DNA of 63,822 nucleotides, the filler included, from Globobulimina sp. (Eukaryota), in assembly GCA_003354225.1 (NCBI GenBank). It is 39 parts of 39 records of this genome, joined end to end, with 100 filler letters (N's around TTAATTAATTAA, not from the genome) between each part and the next. Parts side by side here need not be neighbours in the genome. Positions count along the whole stretch, not along the records: positions 59,009 to 60,546 come from PIVH01015128.1; positions 60,647 to 62,184 come from PIVH01015129.1; positions 62,285 to 63,822 come from PIVH01015130.1; 36 more parts are not named here. The stretch is one strand, 5' to 3'. Of the stretch, positions 58,909 to 63,822 are shown piece after piece (within the stretch, counting starts at the first letter, position 1; each line of letters starts with the position of its first letter). The notes below the pieces were generated by a model. That model was not told the DNA's origin, ran no database searches, and worked only from the letters and a program-made list of their open reading frames with translations. The translations under genes and the position numbers were made by a program.

Positions 58909-60646
58909 NNNNNNNNNNNNNNNNNNNNNNNNNNNNNNNNNNNNNNNNNNNNTTAATTAATTAANNNNNNNNNNNNNNNNNNNNNNNNNNNNNNNNNNNN
59001 NNNNNNNNGCATTGTATCAATAAAACGGACTTCTGCTCTTTTGACATGATTTTGAGTTTTATTTTGTTTCTCAAGATGTTAAGAAGTTGTCATTTTTTAG
59101 ATTAGATTAATTTAATTTAACATAAACATGTGCAAAAACACAATGTTTAGCACTGGTGTGTACAGTGTACACCACACAAAAAAGAAAGAAGACCACAAAG
59201 GACATAAACATAAAAAAAAGAAAACAAAAACAACATAGTTGTCATTTTAAGAGATTAATTATTTAACATACTCGCGTCAGTCGCGTGGAAACAAACGATT
59301 GATTGAGGAGTCCGGTAATCAGAAGATTGCTAATAAGGGTTTGAAATGTGACGAGATGATTGGATATAAAACATTGGAGTTAGTGAATTGGGAACCTATG
59401 CATTCGAAATTTAAAATGGGCAAAGTTATTGAGATTGAAAATGGTAATGTGATTATTGAAAATAATGGGAATCAAAAAGCTGTGACAATATCAAATTTGG
59501 TGGAGATCTATGAAATTAAAGTGAATGAATTCGCAGATGAGAATGGGAAGAAATTGAAACAAATTAAAGAGAAAAGAAAAAAGAGAAAACTGAAACAAAG
59601 GCAGAAGAAAGCTATCGGGAAAAGTAAATCTGAATAGATGAAGATAAACATTTCGATTGAGAATTGTAACGAATTTTGTTTTTTAAATTTGCGCTATATT
59701 TACTGGTGAAATAGGGATCCATTCAACATTTGAAAAGAATTTCTGAACATACAATTTTGTTAAAGAAATGTCAATATATTATGTACAAGAATTATTAAGA
59801 AAAACAGTGTCAATACGAATCCGATATAATCAAAATAACGATATAGTTTGGGAGTTCTCTCAATCATTCTTGGCATTGACCATATGTTCTCATAATTCAC
59901 TATTTCTCCCCGCCAGCTGTCGCAACATTGGATTGTATCACTTCTTGTCCTGGGTTGCTTTTTTAGTTTTGACAGTATTTTGACTGTTACAGTTGTCATA
60001 CATTGCATCGCTGTCATCTGAATCACTTTCATTTGTAATGTTTGTATTCGTGATCAAATCACTCATTCCCATTGTCCGTACGCGTGTATTCGATGACATT
60101 CCCTCCGATAATTGTTCTCCATTCGCATCCGTCTGTTCACCCCCAATCCCTGGGCTGCTGTTGGAACAAATCCATTATTTGTCATTTGAGTCAATTCTAA
60201 ACTAACTGCTGAATGTCGGAAGGAAAATAGGTTAATAATAAAATGTTAAAGGTAACATTTAACTTTTTGCTTTTCAGTTTGAAATTACTGTTTTTTACTG
60301 TAAACAAAATAAAAACATTGAAAGTCAAAATTGAATTGTTAAAGGTTACACTCTATCTTCACATATTAAACAGAAATCATCACTATACGATCAATATTCA
60401 TCACCAGAAGACGATAAGTATATCATTTGAAAGCTCTGATCGAGCTAGTTCTTATGGTATTGGTGGAAATCCACTGATTAGTTTTGATTATATTGGTCAA
60501 AATGTATTATAATGGACAGATAAACGGAGGTGCATACAACTGAGGTNNNNNNNNNNNNNNNNNNNNNNNNNNNNNNNNNNNNNNNNNNNNTTAATTAATT
60601 AANNNNNNNNNNNNNNNNNNNNNNNNNNNNNNNNNNNNNNNNNNNN

Positions 60647-61917
60647 TGTCGTGGGAGGATAAGTATTCATTTTTGATCGACGTCGCGATGGGCATGCAAC
60701 ACCTACATAGGAATAGTTTAGGTATCAACATATACGCAGCACTGCATAGCACCGCTTAGCTGTTCCCACTATTTTCCATCTACCAAAAATGCATTCAAAT
60801 CGACATAAATTTACACTTTGCATGTACACGATTGTGTTTTTCAGTACACAGAGACTTAAAAACACTCAATTTATTGGTGGATGAGGACATGAACAAGCGG
60901 CGTTTTCTCCGCATCTGCGATTTTGGGTCGTCGCGCAGTGTAGATTTGGACCAATATTACCAAGAATACTCGCAGCAGCAATCGACATTGTCCTTCGCCT
61001 CCACTGCCTACACCACCATCACCAACGACATAATGTGCTCCAATACGTCGCCGTTCCAGAACCCGTATCCCAACACGTCCTTCAATCAGACCAAAGCGCC
61101 CTTGTTCGAAAATGGACCCTTATCGCCACACTCAGCGAGGCGGCCCTATGGCGCCACCACAGGCTCTAAAGTTCAGATCCAAGTTTAACTGCCACTGTAT
61201 ACGCATTCATATCTGTGATAACCACTGTTTTCTACACAGACACCGCCCATTTCCAGCCACAAGAAGCAGAGCAGCAGCGGGTCGGTGGTGGGCAAACTAA
61301 AGAATTTAGTCTCCGGCGGCAATAACTCGTTACGCGACAGCAGTTTCCTACAGAATGGAGAGAAGGCGTACGATGATGAGAAGGACAATAACATGTCGCT
61401 AACTTCTCATTTATTGCATCAAGTCACCTCGCAAATGTCGACCATTGTGGGGAGTGTCCAGTTCTTAGCGCCAGAGATATTGCGCAACATTGAGTTTAAA
61501 CCAAACTCGCGGTCGGCCAAAGCCAAAGGGAACTCATTGTATGGCTTCAGCGCCGATATCTATTCGTACGGCTGCGTGATTTGGGAGATAGTGACTCGGA
61601 GGGAAATATATAAAGGAAAGTCCTCTTCGGAGATTCAGAAATCTGTGTTGAACAACAATAGACCGCTTGTGTTGGCCTCTGAGCTGCAGATGTGCGCGGA
61701 CGGCAACTTCATTGTGAGGCTAATGAACCAGTGCTGGCAGGCGGACGCTTTGGCGCGGCCCAGCTTTCAGCAAATCATACAAATGTTGGAGGACCGCAAG
61801 GACAAATTCATTGATCCCAATCGAGTGTTAAATATGCATCATAATCACCACAAATCGAAATCGAAAACTAAATCTAAAAATAAAGGGCCGTCACGGGAAT
61901 CTTCACAAAATAGATAG
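60647..61917 (+). CDS. TKL-group protein kinase C-lobe with very long activation-segment insert
   Basis: DVAMGMQHLH|VHRDLKTLNLL, ICDFG, GSVQFLAPE, ADIYSYGCVIWE and CWQAD..RPSF. Introns ~60722-60845 and 61171-61239. Confidence 0.92.
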
Positions 61918-62473
61918 TGTTTTGAAGATATTCACAAATTAAAATTGATATCATGTCGTTTTGGTTTTTTTTTTATTGTTTTCGTAATTCGTAATATCGT
62001 CAATTTTGGGTTTTCGTTTTTTTTTTTGTATTATTTTAAGTAGACATTTAACATGACTTGTTCATTATTTTCTTTTTCATTTCTACATTTTCGTATTCGT
62101 ACACAAGCATAGACCGGTGGTCGGTTGAATTGTTTCATAATAATGTGTTTTCAATTTTAAGAAGTTTTTATTAAAAATTGGATGNNNNNNNNNNNNNNNN
62201 NNNNNNNNNNNNNNNNNNNNNNNNNNNNTTAATTAATTAANNNNNNNNNNNNNNNNNNNNNNNNNNNNNNNNNNNNNNNNNNNNAAATATGGTATTCCTT
62301 AAGTTTAGTAAGGGATGGCTAAGTAAGTAAGTAAGAACTTAGGTTAAGAATAATACAAAGAGGTTTTCAGTTATAGGGGGGTATCATATGTCAATATACC
62401 ACACCATACGTGCAAGTTTTGCTGCGTATAGATTTTAAACATATTTTGTATTAAAATCAAATGTGATCACTCA

Positions 62474-63622
62474 TCAGTTATTAAAAATTTCCTTATACCA
62501 AATACTAAGTTTCTTACAAAACCAAACTAATAACAGCTCCCTAAGCATATTAAAAGAAGCAGTCATTGGTTCAATTTTAGACCCCTCAATTTCTTGCCAT
62601 TTTATTTGCACTTCGCAAATTGGAATATTTTGTGCTTGTGCTAACATTAATAATTCCGGATCAAAACACCATCTCCGTATTCTTTGAAACATAAATGTTT
62701 TCTTAACTGCGCTCCGTGTAAACAATTTGAAGCCACATTGTGTATCTTTTATATCATGCACATTTCCAACATATTTCACCACAAAATGAAAGCCCCACAT
62801 TAACACGTTCCGAAATATAGTTCTTTGTGCCTCTGCATCCGCCTGTAAGTGGGCACGCGATCCAATTGCAATTCCATTCAAATCAGAACACTCCCAAATA
62901 CTTTTCACATCCAATGTGTTGAATATAGCATCTTCCAAACGACTGCAACAGACAAACAAACAAAAATAAATAACATTTGTATTCGATGAAACACATTGTT
63001 AGAACCTCAAATGGGATATTTCCGAAGCACCATCGGCATCGGCGAACAGCAACAAACATCCGCGAGAATGCAGCATTCCCTATGTGTAATAATCACGCTT
63101 TGATGTATATGACGTGGCCGGTTGAATATTTAAGCAAATCGTAACTTGTTGGACAGCAAACCCCTTTCCTTGATTTTTTGGGTACGATAATAACCGTATT
63201 TTATCCGTTGTGTGTTTCCTAACATATTCTTGCTGTACAATATCGCACGTTTTATCCTTTGATCCATCACTAACAACAATAATTTCCCAGGAAAATGGTT
63301 TTTTATCCTTTTTGGACTCTTTCTCTCTTCCAATCAAGTATTTGATGGTTGGATCTAAGCCTAAACGAATTCTGTTCTCTTCGTTGTATGCAGGGAATAT
63401 AAGTGATACTGATTTGGATGGATTGTCGTTAATTGTTGGGAAATTTGTAGCGGTGCGTTTTTTAAGTGATGGATCAATAAATTGATACGGTTTTAATATG
63501 GGCAATGGGTCATTTTTATCGATCGTGTACGGAGATAAAAACCAATTGTACAGTTTTAAAAATGCGTACAATATTACTATGACGAGGATGGCAATGAGTA
63601 TGTTGATCAAAAACGAAGACAT
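62474..63622 (-). CDS. ALG5: Dolichyl-phosphate beta-glucosyltransferase
   Basis: N-terminal TM, IFPAYNEENR, DGSKD, NQGKG, FADADGA, DTQCGFKLFTR, WCFDPELL and WQEIEGSK; two introns. Confidence 0.93.
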
Positions 63623-63822
63623 GGTTTTAAATAAATACTAACAGTCCAAGTGGTAATAGTAGTACTATGCAATGGCGTCGCATCAAAAGACCAAATCAAC
63701 CAGATATTTTGAGACAAGTTATCGATCGCTTGGGCAAGAATATGAAGCAAACATTCGATCGCTAATTGACAGAGTCGATATATTGGAAGAAAAAACAAGG
63801 AAACAAGGCAGGCAAATTGAGC

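Noticed and set aside
59299-60032. Short ORFs in contig 59009-60546
   Set aside because: No recognisable motifs; gene structure could not be established.
1541-62284. Regularly spaced TTAATTAATTAA motif resembling a repeat array or CRISPR
   Set aside because: It is always embedded in N runs, so it is a synthetic contig linker. ORFs ending in XXX-LIN are linker artefacts.

Overview
This window is not contiguous genome. It is a concatenation of about 39 unrelated ~1.54 kb contigs, each joined by an artificial N44-TTAATTAATTAA-N44 spacer, so gene order across spacers means nothing. Nearly all contigs are AT-rich eukaryotic DNA with short GT-AG introns. The gene content suggests a foraminiferan or similar rhizarian protist (inference): many divergent 7TM, RGS, G-alpha, SPRY, Kelch-like and LRR genes. 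Recognisable genes are an annexin, a secreted alpha-carbonic anhydrase, MTMR14, an FABP-like protein, G-alpha, ThrRS, BTAF1/Mot1, ALG5, a CTDSP-type phosphatase, a TKL kinase and a villin-headpiece protein. Mobile DNA includes LINE RT and APE fragments, a Penelope-like RT, a DIRS-like RNase H plus tyrosine recombinase, and small hairpin/MITE repeats. One contig looks bacterial. The best novelty candidates are: (1) a DUF5765/DUF6629-like membrane domain fused to a RetSat/CrtI-type FAD oxidoreductase; (2) a G-alpha lacking both catalytic residues and probably the RGS-contact Gly; (3) a UBC-WWE-S1 protein exposed by a fold-back junction; (4) a ThrRS with an N-terminal GST-like domain; (5) two tRNA-like elements with intact D/T arms but broken anticodon arms. 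All family calls are from motif recognition by eye; no searches were run.
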